The notes: a model not told the origin generated them from the letters alone. Positions 1 through 9,111 are shown, numbered from the stretch's first letter. The stretch: DNA of 42,207 nucleotides from Methanotrichaceae archaeon (GCA_963754945.1 CAVWIG010000022.1:1-42207), one strand, 5' to 3'. A program made the numbers and translations.

Positions 1-20
1 GGTATGAATTTCGGCGAAAA

Positions 21-317
21 CTACTCATTGCGAAGAAATCTGTTAGTAAATAGAAATCCTCCTCTGACTGTCAGGTTTTTCAGACACAAACAGCTCAACG
101 AGCATTTCGTGCCACAATGGCAGAATGGGCTATGAACACCGTTTACTATAGAATGGCCTTCCTGATCCATGTAAGAAATCTCGGTATTATTCGTGGTACA
201 TTTACAGGCAGGGTCATAGATATCTATAGCCAGATTTTTGCCATCTGGACCGAGATAAATTACTTTCAAGCAAGTGCAATTCATTGACTTGTCGACTGTG
301 CTAATATTATATGCCAA
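21..317 (-). pseudogene. Probable secreted protein fragment, N-terminus truncated
   Basis: The frame extends upstream of the TTG as DSALSGIGLA (resembles the end of a signal peptide) and then hits TGA; no ATG start. Confidence 0.3.
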
Positions 318-738
318 TCCAATGCCCGAAAGGGCACTGTCTCAAAACCAAGTGATTTATAGAGTTTATTGTCACCCGATAGTGAAATCACTAAATTGTA
401 TTATTTTATGTTAATTGACATTAGGATTAATACCTTTTCTATGAAAACTTGCGCTCTATCTCAGATTATGAATACGAAATTTGAAAATATGATTCCAAGA
501 GATACCATATAAACGTCAACCATCACTTGAAAAGTCGATAGTGCCCCCGAAAGCAGCAGGACTAGTGTTATTATTCCTAATTTGTGCATTTCAATATCCC
601 CACTTGGATAGCCATATAACGTTTCAAACTTATATCTATCTCAATTTCAAGTCATGTCAGAAACTATAAATTAGAGGCATTCGGTAATATATCCTTTAAT
701 CATATCGAATCGAGGGGAAGAGATTGCGCGCCTTCAGG

Positions 739-1539
739 ATGGTTGCATTTACATTTGTATTGTTCTTGATTTGCGTATCGCCAACGCTCGCATGCCCATG
801 TGGCTGCAGCGATCCCAATTGTAACTGTGGCGGCATCCCTGGAACATGTTCTGGCGGCGGAGGAGCGACTTCCAGTTCGTCTAACAATGGACAAGCAGAA
901 GCGGAGCAATCCCAATGGGAAGGAGGGGCAAATGCATTTCTTAATAATGGTCCACAGAACGGCATGAGCGACGGAGGAGCCGGTTCGTATCAGGAGCCTC
1001 CTCCTGAGATCGCACCTATTATTGAGCAAAATAATAGGCAAGTTCTTCAGATCGGGCGCCCGACACAAGATGACAATTCCCCTCCAATAGAATTGGCCGC
1101 GGCTCCCACAGGCAAGTATAATCCAGAAGTACCTATACCACCGGGAACAGATCTTAATACGCTCGACGATGGTACTATAATTCACCTTGACCAAGGTAGT
1201 ACCAAGAATGCGCATGAAATTAGAAAGATAGGTAATGATCCAAAAACAGGAATAGCCATATTTACGGAAAAACTTCAAGGGAGGCCAATTCGAACTTTTA
1301 CAGGCTTTAATCCAAGCTCTCCATCAGGAAAGGGAAAAGATTATACTCCGGGTACCAAGGAGACACCACAAGGCGGCCCAATACCAATGGCCATATCTGA
1401 GAGTGCAAAGAAGAGTCTGACGACTACAGGCCTCGACCAAAATTGTCATAATTATCAAAAGGATCTTAGTCAGAAAATACAAGAGAAGCTAAGTACTCCA
1501 ACAACTTCAACAACTCCAACAACATCGGGTGGGCCATGA
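739..1539 (+). CDS. Secreted protein with Cys-rich N-terminus, low-complexity linker and globular C-terminal domain
   Basis: ATG at 739 gives signal peptide MVAFTFVLFLICVSPTLA, then CPCGCSDPNCNCGG; stop overlaps the next ATG (ATGA). Confidence 0.7.
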   Translation: MVAFTFVLFLICVSPTLACPCGCSDPNCNCGGIPGTCSGGGGATSSSSNNGQAEAEQSQWEGGANAFLNNGPQNGMSDGGAGSYQEPPPEIAPIIEQNNRQVLQIGRPTQDDNSPPIELAAAPTGKYNPEVPIPPGTDLNTLDDGTIIHLDQGSTKNAHEIRKIGNDPKTGIAIFTEKLQGRPIRTFTGFNPSSPSGKGKDYTPGTKETPQGGPIPMAISESAKKSLTTTGLDQNCHNYQKDLSQKIQEKLSTPTTSTTPTTSGGP

Positions 1540-2459
1540 AACGATTAATATTTTTCTTGACATTACTTGCAATTTCGATGCCCCTTAGTACCACGGCACC
1601 CACATCGCATGACGCATCTATGCCTGAGAATGGGAGTGGTCCCTATTTTCTATCATTCGACATGGGATTACCATCCACCGACTATACCATCAATGAAACT
1701 GGTCCTTATAAATATCAACAACAGAATGGCAGTATAAGTGTTTTCGAAGTACACATATCATCAAATATTAAACCACAAGTTACGTTGATTTCAATGCAAA
1801 TTTTCGAAGATAACCCATCACTACTAACGGCCAATGAATTAGAACAGATGATACACAACGAAATTGAGAACGCGACCGATATTCGAACTGCTACACTTGT
1901 AATTGACAATTCAGTAGGAGTACTTGCTTCTTATAATCTGACGGTTGCCAATATTAGCATGAAAAGTTACAGTGCAATTTATCAACCGTCCTTTGATCAG
2001 GGGCGATCACTTGTTGTAATATCTTCGAACTTTCCATGGGATCAGGGAACATCTCAATTGTTGAATACCATTCAGGTTTATGAAGCCACTGGTATGGAAG
2101 TTCCTAGCCAACCCACAGGCGCGCCGTCGACTGTGCAGCCGTCATATGCACCAGTCAGCTCGGCCACAATTACCAACCCTTCTTATAGTCCGCAACTCTG
2201 GATTAATACTGCTTCAGGTGGATCAACATACGCTCAATGTTCCTCGGGTGGCACGCTACAGCTACTGTTGTATTTGCCAAGAGGGGGATATGTAGGAGTT
2301 CACGAAATTTATCCTAACAGCGTTTCAACTGTGAGCAACTACTATTTCAACGCGGGCGAATCTATTCATATGTTCAAAGGGGATGTATCCGGTAGACATG
2401 AATTGTATCTAACATCAGGTAATGAAGAAAGCAACAAGATAACAATCGATGTAATCTAG
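1536..2459 (+). CDS. Secreted/cell-surface two-domain protein
   Basis: Signal peptide; GPYFLSFDMG motif resembles GPFSVSVDLG in 6415 and 7881; S/T/P linker; beta-rich C-terminal domain. Confidence 0.75.
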   Translation: MKRLIFFLTLLAISMPLSTTAPTSHDASMPENGSGPYFLSFDMGLPSTDYTINETGPYKYQQQNGSISVFEVHISSNIKPQVTLISMQIFEDNPSLLTANELEQMIHNEIENATDIRTATLVIDNSVGVLASYNLTVANISMKSYSAIYQPSFDQGRSLVVISSNFPWDQGTSQLLNTIQVYEATGMEVPSQPTGAPSTVQPSYAPVSSATITNPSYSPQLWINTASGGSTYAQCSSGGTLQLLLYLPRGGYVGVHEIYPNSVSTVSNYYFNAGESIHMFKGDVSGRHELYLTSGNEESNKITIDVI

Positions 2460-2802
2460 CCGAGACGACAGGGCTAATCTTCATTTACGAGAGTACGTAT
2501 AACGTGTAGAACTGACCTTTCCTTTTTGGAGTCTGCGAAGCCAGAGGATTATTTTACAAACATCTTTTTCACCTACAACTCGTCGGTATTCAGTATGGTG
2601 AGGGCAAGTTCTTATAAAGTGTGGAATTGCGTATCAGCCATCACGCAGTTTGCTCATATACTGCAAGATATCCAATTTTTGTACATACAAAAGAACAGAT
2701 TAATGCATATAACTTTATAAGGATATCATACAATTTGATAGGGTGTTATGATATAACTTGATAGGTAAGTCTCATATACTTTGGTGGTGATAAAGGCATC
2801 TA

Positions 2803-2976
2803 ATGGCGAAAGTTCAGGTTTGTGTATCAATAGATGAAAGCCTTCTTAAATGGGTCGAAGAAGGCATAACTGATAAGACGTTTGCCACTAAGTCCCACGC
2901 TTTTGAGGCGGGATTGGCTAAACTGAAGTTATCTTATCAAAACAAGGCCAAGCGCAAGAAAGGGGCAGATAGCTAA
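2803..2976 (+). CDS. Ribbon-helix-helix (CopG/Arc/MetJ-like) regulator, 57 aa, not in the ORF track
   Basis: Manual translation MAKVQVCVSIDESLLKWVEEGITDKTFATKSHAFEAGLAKLK...; GGTGA RBS upstream. Confidence 0.75.
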   Translation: MAKVQVCVSIDESLLKWVEEGITDKTFATKSHAFEAGLAKLKLSYQNKAKRKKGADS

Positions 2977-2990
2977 GTCAAAAATGGTGC

Positions 2991-3434
2991 TTGGCTATGA
3001 ATACAAGTCTCATAGAGGCGATTGATAGCTGTGTATCGACCATATCCGACCCTAGATTAAAGGCTCTCCTTACTGATTTACTCCAAGAGATTGAAAAACT
3101 AAGGGCTAGGATAATCGAATTAGAGATACAGCAAGACGATCAGGCCGACGCGATAAACAGGAACGCAGGGGCTATCAATGAGGTCTGGAGGCTCACGAAA
3201 CGTTCCCCTTCTGTCCCGAAGGGGCAGAAGACTAAAGCGCGCTTAGAAGACCTAGAGCGGATCCTGAAGTCCACAGGAGGCAGGACGTTAAGCCAGCTCG
3301 AAAAGGACTTAGACATTTCACAGCAACAAATGAGCCATCTGATCTCGAAATTAGATATGAGGCGTTATGAGATCCAGACTCGTCCAGGGAAAGGCAGAGA
3401 GAAGGTGCTTAAGCTTAGGTCCAGAATCATTTAA
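2991..3434 (+). CDS. Coiled-coil plus C-terminal winged-HTH (MarR-like) protein
   Basis: Heptad N-terminal region, then RTLSQLEKDLDISQQQMSHLISKL HTH and a wing. Confidence 0.7.
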   Translation: MAMNTSLIEAIDSCVSTISDPRLKALLTDLLQEIEKLRARIIELEIQQDDQADAINRNAGAINEVWRLTKRSPSVPKGQKTKARLEDLERILKSTGGRTLSQLEKDLDISQQQMSHLISKLDMRRYEIQTRPGKGREKVLKLRSRII

Positions 3435-3788
3435 CATTTCACGTCTAAACGTGAAGTGTGAAATGTTAAGGGGGAATAGATAAGAGTAAGCTGAAAAATT
3501 GATCGCAAACCCAAAATAACGGGCGAATTTTCCGTTATTTCTATATAAACCTAGTATTAGACATATAAGAGTAATGCGTTAGCAATGCGTTAGAAGGTGA
3601 TTATATCTTAAAAAGAGAATAGATATAACATTTCACGGATAACGTGAAGTGTGAAGTATCTTGCCTACAGATATCGATTTTCACGCTTTATATCTCTCTA
3701 AGTCTTGGTTTTACTCGGAGCTGCGTTCGCAGCTCCACTATAAAGAAATTGATCTTTTTATACAACGTTAAGAAAAAAAAAGATCAAT
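3431..3788. repeat. Cluster of palindromes and direct repeats (candidate origin/operator region)
   Basis: TAACATTTCACG-N4/5-ACGTGAAGTGTGAA at 3432 and 3626; 12-bp IR at 3431-3442/3458-3469; AATGCGTTAG x2 near 3572; hairpins 3717-3736 and 3748-3788. Confidence 0.7.
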
Positions 3789-4242
3789 AGGTTCAATATA
3801 AATATTTTTGCAATGTTCTAGTATGTATAACATTTTCTCCCCAAAAAATCATGATTGCATTTTCGCTACGCGTCAAACTCATTCGCTGCATAGCGATTAT
3901 CGATTCGTTTAATATTATCAAACCCATTCTAACTCGTAAAGCAGCCCTTTGCGGTATAGATTATATATCATCAGAATCGCTATGCTCTGCCACATTAGAC
4001 CGATAACAGGCGAGCTGATCAATTTGTGCTTAAAGTCTGTGGAATAATAGGTTTGCCAGAAGAGCGTTTAGGCCGATTTTGCAAGTTGTATATCGGTCTA
4101 TGGATTACTTTCGCGGTGCCTATGTGCACCCTCAGATTAGTTCTATGACATTTTTGATAAGCATGTGCAAAGTGTAATAGAACTTTCTAGGCGAGCGGAC
4201 CCATAACCCTTATGGCTATCTTGCAACCTTCCAGAGATAATA

Positions 4243-4821
4243 ATGACAGAAGACCGCTTGATGATCTTTATTGACGGGCAAAACCTGATGGGAGGGGCCC
4301 GCAAATTACACGCACTGGTTGACAGTGTCAAACTAACAAATACGCTAGCTGAGGGGCGAAAGCTAAAAAGGGTGTACTATTACAACTCAATACCACCAAA
4401 CCCGAATAATGACCCTGAATTGAAAAAAAAGATAGATAAGGAAATGGGTTATTACTATTACCTAGAATATTCGGGATTTAAGACTTCGATTATCCCACTG
4501 AGGAAAAGGACTTTCGATTTCAAATGTGATAGTTGCGGCGAAACCATTACAATTGAAAAGGAAGTTGAGAAAGGCGTAGACGTTGCTTTAGTTTCGGATT
4601 TGCTCTCTCTGGCCGCGGTAGGAGCCTATGACGTTGCCACAATAGTATCCGGAGATCTCGATTACCACAAAGCAATAGACGAAGTTCAAAGGCGTGGACT
4701 GATTGTAGAAGTGGCATATTTCAAAAGCCAGGGCATCAGCAAAGATCTGATTCGGCTAGCAGATCGCTTCATTGATTTGGAGCTGATACTAGACAAAATC
4801 AAACCCGATAAAAGAGAGTAA
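4243..4821 (+). CDS. NYN domain (LabA/DUF88, PIN-like) ribonuclease with a CxxC insertion
   Basis: FIDGQN, EKGVDVAL and SGDLDY motifs; CDSCG insert. Confidence 0.9.
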   Translation: MTEDRLMIFIDGQNLMGGARKLHALVDSVKLTNTLAEGRKLKRVYYYNSIPPNPNNDPELKKKIDKEMGYYYYLEYSGFKTSIIPLRKRTFDFKCDSCGETITIEKEVEKGVDVALVSDLLSLAAVGAYDVATIVSGDLDYHKAIDEVQRRGLIVEVAYFKSQGISKDLIRLADRFIDLELILDKIKPDKRE

Positions 4822-4826
4822 TTAAC

Positions 4827-4866
4827 CAGGCGGCAAGCGATTACTCGCTATTTTCAGAGCCGCCTG
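4827..4866 (+). terminator. GC-rich stem-loop downstream of the NYN gene
   Basis: CAGGCGGC...GCCGCCTG stem with inner AGCGA-TTAC-TCGCT hairpin. Confidence 0.4.
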
Positions 4867-4926
4867 TGAGCTATTAACATAGATACCTTCTTCTGTTCTG
4901 GTAAAAAGCTTTTGGTGTGGATCTTT

Positions 4927-5464
4927 TTCATACCTCAGTCATACTTTGGTAGGAAAATTGTATTACCAAGTTCATACTACAGTATGACACATGGCTAAAA
5001 TAGCCGTCTCTATTCCTGATTCCACATTAAAAAAACTTGAGGAAGGCAGTAATACCAAGGGTATGAATCGATCCCAATATGTGGCAAAGGCCATTGATTT
5101 TTATTCAAACGGAGCCGATAACTACAAAATCGAGATCGATAGGCTAAATAGCCAATTGGCGGAGAAGATCAAAGAATTGGAATCATTATCCGAAGAGGTA
5201 TTACCACTACGCGAGAAAGTTCATACCCTAAGTAATACCTTTATAGATAAGGAAAATGAGCTAAAGAAGAAAACCCTTGAAGTAGGAACAAAAGCTAACG
5301 AGGTATTCCAGAAGGATAAACGGATTCATACCCTAGAGAACCAGATAGCAGAAACGCAAAAGAAAATAGAATCGTTGTCAAACGAGGTATTACTCGCGAA
5401 GGAAGAGGGTATGAAAGCTCGCGAAGAGCTAGAAAAAGCACGATCTGAAGCCTCGAAGTATGAG
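4927..5464. repeat. Array of about 15 8-bp motifs KTMATACY in both orientations
   Basis: Copies at 4927, 4938, 4959, 4971, 4981, 5049, 5060, 5197, 5220, 5232, 5302, 5325, 5386, 5408, 5457. Confidence 0.7.
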
Positions 5465-5611
5465 ATGGCCTTCAAGAGTCAACAATCAGATATAGAGTTT
5501 CTACGTGGTCATGTCGGCCAACTTACCCAACAGATAAGCGTCCTGGCCTTACCGCCATCCCAGGAAGAGGCCAAAAAGAAAGGCTGGTGGCAATTTTGGA
5601 GGAGGGATTAA
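4991..5611 (+). CDS. RHH DNA-binding domain, long coiled coil and C-terminal KKKGWWQFWRR tail
   Basis: MAKIAVSIPDSTLKKLEEG...MNRSQYVAKAI RHH; heptads; basic/aromatic tail. Confidence 0.85.
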   Translation: MAKIAVSIPDSTLKKLEEGSNTKGMNRSQYVAKAIDFYSNGADNYKIEIDRLNSQLAEKIKELESLSEEVLPLREKVHTLSNTFIDKENELKKKTLEVGTKANEVFQKDKRIHTLENQIAETQKKIESLSNEVLLAKEEGMKAREELEKARSEASKYEMAFKSQQSDIEFLRGHVGQLTQQISVLALPPSQEEAKKKGWWQFWRRD

Positions 5612-5612
5612 A

Positions 5613-6131
5613 GTGAACCCGGTTGTCCTCATTGCATCGATAAACGCCGCTTTGAATCACGCCTCCCCAAACTTAATTAAAGATTGGTTACCCTCGATAA
5701 CAGCAATTGTTGTTGTGATAATAGGCGGGATCTTAACATATTTGTCGACTATCAGAATAGAAGAACAAAAACGTCAATATGAACTAAAAAAGGATGTTTA
5801 CTTTAATATAATGGGTGTTATTGTTGATTTTAGAAGCGAAAATGAAACTTATAATGAACTTTATAATAGTTCCAAAAAATTGACTGGGGACCCAACCGTC
5901 CCACTTGACCGAATTAAAAGGATAAAAGATTTATTAAAATTGCTGGAAATGAAGATGAAAATTAGCGCGGGCGAAGACATAAATTGCATTTTTGGCGATG
6001 TGATAAGAAAGGCTCAAAATGTAGAGGATTATCAAGCCTTTAACGACGCTGTCTTTAACCAGTTAATTCCAGCAATAAAAGATGATTTGATGAAAAATCA
6101 AAAGCACTGGTGGCAATTCTTGATTAAATGA
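5613..6131 (+). CDS. Single-TM hypothetical protein ending in HWWQFLIK
   Basis: Hydrophobic ITAIVVVIIGGILTYL; GTG start directly after the upstream stop; low GC. Confidence 0.7.
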   Translation: MNPVVLIASINAALNHASPNLIKDWLPSITAIVVVIIGGILTYLSTIRIEEQKRQYELKKDVYFNIMGVIVDFRSENETYNELYNSSKKLTGDPTVPLDRIKRIKDLLKLLEMKMKISAGEDINCIFGDVIRKAQNVEDYQAFNDAVFNQLIPAIKDDLMKNQKHWWQFLIK

Positions 6132-6334
6132 CAAGCTTCTCACAGTCTCCACGTGACCGGATCCTCTGGACACTGGCCGCCCACGGCGGAAAGATGGAGC
6201 GGAGCAGATTAAGAAGATGTATGGGAGTGGAAGATGCATTACTGAATCCTATCCTTGAGGAGCTGGCCAGGGAAGGCAGAATAAGAATCGCCACTGGCAA
6301 GGATAGCGATTTGATATCTCTGATAAGTCGATAG
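6128..6334 (+). CDS. Small winged-HTH protein, repeat copy 1
   Basis: RDRILWTL...MERSRLRRCMG...LLNPILEELAREGRIRI wHTH pattern; ATGA overlap with the upstream gene. Confidence 0.65.
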   Translation: MTSFSQSPRDRILWTLAAHGGKMERSRLRRCMGVEDALLNPILEELAREGRIRIATGKDSDLISLISR

Positions 6335-7045
6335 GGTGTAGCGATTACTGTCGTAGACACCGTAAGCGATGCTTAATAAGGGGTGAGAATTAATGAATAT
6401 TCTTAAGGGATTGAATGAAAATCAACACGAAGTTTTTTGTTGTGATGGGTGTGGCGTTGGCTGTATTTTGCATTACATTGGCCTATGGTACTGTTACTAC
6501 ATTTAAGACAGGGCCGTTTAGTGTCAGTGTCGATTTAGGCGTGCCGTGTAATGATACAAATATCAGCAAACCTGCTCAAAGTGAGTGGCTGAATGGAAAC
6601 AGGTACATTGACTACAATATGAGCACGTGTGGAGTTTCTATCTTCCTTACAACGACGGACAATGCAAATTATGATCTGAACAGCGGCTTTGACACAGGTG
6701 TTACTAAGGACGACCTGCTGAAGCTGGGTGCCGACAAAGAAACGATCAATGTATCCGAGAGTAAGATCAATGGTTGGCCAGGAGCAGTTGGATCAGGTCA
6801 TGTATCAAAATATGGTTCAACGATATACGAAGCTGATTTCTACGTCAACCCACAAACAGTTGGTCATATATTACTTGATAATAACGAAACTGAAATAATA
6901 TCTGCTCTGAAGACTATCCATGTAACGGAAGCGGCATAGGTGCGTAGGATAGAAACTACAACCCCAATTGTTGTTGCATGCAGGATGCAAGAACATTTCT
7001 CCACTATCCTTTAACCAGCTATTTTTGATATATTGTTTATATCTA
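6248..7045 (+). repeat. Direct duplication, copy A (about 800 bp)
   Basis: Near-identical to 7714-8510, offset 1466 bp. Confidence 0.9.
6415..6939 (+). CDS. Secreted protein, paralog 1
   Basis: Signal peptide; near-identical to 7881-8405. Confidence 0.85.
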   Translation: MKINTKFFVVMGVALAVFCITLAYGTVTTFKTGPFSVSVDLGVPCNDTNISKPAQSEWLNGNRYIDYNMSTCGVSIFLTTTDNANYDLNSGFDTGVTKDDLLKLGADKETINVSESKINGWPGAVGSGHVSKYGSTIYEADFYVNPQTVGHILLDNNETEIISALKTIHVTEAA

Positions 7046-7390
7046 GTGGGACTTACCCATGGACGAGCGGTGCATCGGAGCTAGTTTAGTTAAAACGATT
7101 CATGTCGAAAAACTGTAGATAATAAGGACTGGTGGCAGTTCTGGAAATAGGCGAAGGGGGACTGGAAGAGTTTTGCGGTGTAGAAGGAATAACATCCCTT
7201 AGCTTGAAAACATCCCATTGTACTCAGACGTATTTAGGATGAGTAGCTTAGGAGATAATATGACTGCTAAGTCGGGTCGTCGCCCGAGAGCTCCACCCAA
7301 GAGGGAAGCAACATTTGATACTGAACTTCAGAGATACGTCATGCCAGGCGAACGCCGTGTCACCATGACAAAGTAGGACAGAGGAAGCAA

Positions 7391-7591
7391 ATGAATGAAC
7401 ATTGCGCATTTTGTGGCGGCAACGATTGGACTGAAATCGACTCCAAAAAAGTGCACTGTCTTAAGTGCGGTGCAAATCGATTTCTTTCGCAGGCGCTACC
7501 AAAGAAGCCAAAGAAAGCAAAGACTGAAGAAAAACCTACATCTGTCGTATCGGACAGCGATATAGACAGCGACTCAAATGGAGACCAATGA
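7391..7591 (+). CDS. Small zinc-ribbon protein
   Basis: CAFCG...CLKCG; GAGG RBS; stop overlaps the ATG of wHTH copy 2. Confidence 0.6.
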   Translation: MNEHCAFCGGNDWTEIDSKKVHCLKCGANRFLSQALPKKPKKAKTEEKPTSVVSDSDIDSDSNGDQ

Positions 7592-7800
7592 CGAGCCTAC
7601 TCCGTACAGTCTCTGCGTGACAGAAAATCCTTTGGATACTGACCAACAACGACGGCAAGATGGGGCAAAGCAGGTTGAGGGCACACACAGGGATGAGATA
7701 TGCACTGCTTAACCCTATCCTTGAGGAGCTGGCCAGGGAAGGCAGAATAAGAATCGCCACTGGCAAGGATAGCGATTTGATATCTCTGATAAGTCGATAG
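7588..7800 (+). pseudogene. Small wHTH, repeat copy 2, frameshifted near the 5' end
   Basis: The ATG frame stops at TGA 7618; the homologous RDRKSFG/ILWILTNNDGKM...GMRYALLNPILEELAREG continues in another frame. Confidence 0.7.
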
Positions 7801-8510
7801 GGTGTAGCCATTACTGTCGTAGACACCGTAAGCGATGTTTAATAAGGGGTGAGAATTAATGAATATTCTTAAGGGATTGAATGAAAATCAACACTAAGTT
7901 TTTTGTTGTAATGGTTGTGGCATTGGCTGCATTTTGCGTTACATTGGCGTCTTGTACTGTTACCACATTTAAGACAGGGCCGTTTAGTGTCAGTGTCGAT
8001 TTAGGTGTGCCGTGTAATGAAACAAATATCAGCAAACCTGCCCAAAGCGAGGGACTGAATGGAAACAGATACATTGACTACAATACGAGCAAGTGTGGAG
8101 TTTCTATCTTCCTTACAACGACGGACAATGCAAATTACGATCTGAACAGCGGCTTTGACACAAGCGTTACTAAGAACGATCTGCTGAAGCTGGGTGCCGA
8201 CAAAGAAACGATTAATGTATCCGAGCGTAAGATCAATGGTTGGCCAGGTGCAGTTGGATCAGGTTATGTATCAACAAATGGTTCAACGATATACGAAGCT
8301 GATTTCTACGTCAACCCCCAAACAGTTGGTCATATATTACTCGATAATAACGAAACTGAAATAACATCTGCTCTGAAGACTATCCATGTAACGGAAGCGG
8401 CATAGGTGCAGGGAGAAAACTACAACCCAAATTGTTGTTGTACGCAAGATGCAAGAACATTTCTCCTTTATCCTCTAACCAACTATTTTAAATATATTAT
8501 TTTATATCTA
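7714..8510 (+). repeat. Direct duplication, copy B
   Basis: Matches 6248-7045. Confidence 0.9.
7881..8405 (+). CDS. Secreted protein, paralog 2 (LASC may be a lipobox)
   Basis: Paralog of 6415; signal region ends in TLASC instead of TLAYG. Confidence 0.85.
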   Translation: MKINTKFFVVMVVALAAFCVTLASCTVTTFKTGPFSVSVDLGVPCNETNISKPAQSEGLNGNRYIDYNTSKCGVSIFLTTTDNANYDLNSGFDTSVTKNDLLKLGADKETINVSERKINGWPGAVGSGYVSTNGSTIYEADFYVNPQTVGHILLDNNETEITSALKTIHVTEAA

Positions 8511-8650
8511 TCTCTATCTCAAAGTAATCGATGTCTATCAATCCAGTAAAATCCCACTGGGCCAGGCAAGCACTGCCTTTGCTCCGGCCATGCTCCCCAG
8601 AAATAAGCATCTATAGACCTTATGGTGCAAGATGCACCGGTGGGGGATCA

Positions 8651-8760
8651 ACAGGGATGAGATATGCACTCTTGATCCTATCCTTGAGGGGCTGGCCCGT
8701 GAAGGCAAGATCAAAATAATTATTGGCAACCTTGGCGATTTGATATCGCTGAAAGAATAA
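8651..8760 (+). pseudogene. Small wHTH, repeat copy 3 (3' part only, 1-bp deletion)
   Basis: ACAGGGATGAGATATGCACT identical to copy 2, then DPILEGLAREGKIKIIIGNLGDLISLKE. Confidence 0.7.
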
Positions 8761-9042
8761 TAAGGAGGGAGGTAAACACTGGGCTGCGTTCGCGCATAGA
8801 ACGCCTGGTATCATCGGCCAGAATACCTATCGGTTACAAAGGAAAAGTGGTGACAAGGTATAAGATTGAGGGATTGTTCTTAGCAGGGTTCGCGATAATG
8901 GTAAGCTCCATGCAAAGCCGTTCTCCGAAACCAAAATAGATCGAATCTATTCTGCGTTAAAATTCATATACCAGAAGTGATTAACTTCTAAAATATCGGG
9001 TAACGTGCATCGGGACTAAATCGCTATCTAAAGGATCATAAA

Positions 9043-9096
9043 GGTGCGGGGAAAGGGATTCGAACCCCTGAACTCCTGCGAGAATAGATCTTGAGT
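9043..9096 (-). mobile_element. att site: 3' half of tRNA-Leu(CAA)
   Basis: Reverse complement ACTCAAGATCTATTCTCGCAGGAGTTCAGGGGTTCGAATCCCTTTCCCCGCACC contains the anticodon loop, variable arm, T-arm and acceptor 3' strand; no 5' half adjacent. Confidence 0.85.
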
Positions 9097-9111
9097 ATAC
9101 TATATTTATCA

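Noticed and set aside
6124-8074. Minus-strand ORFs MSTTV... (6124-6360, 7536-7826) and 7856-8074
   Set aside because: Antisense to the wHTH repeat or secreted gene; their similarity simply reflects the duplication
6248-8510. DGR template/variable repeat pair
   Set aside because: Differences are not adenine-specific, the repeat spans whole genes, and there is no reverse transcriptase
9043-9096. Functional or intron-containing tRNA-Leu
   Set aside because: No 5' half or D-arm nearby; the break is 5' of the anticodon, not at 37/38
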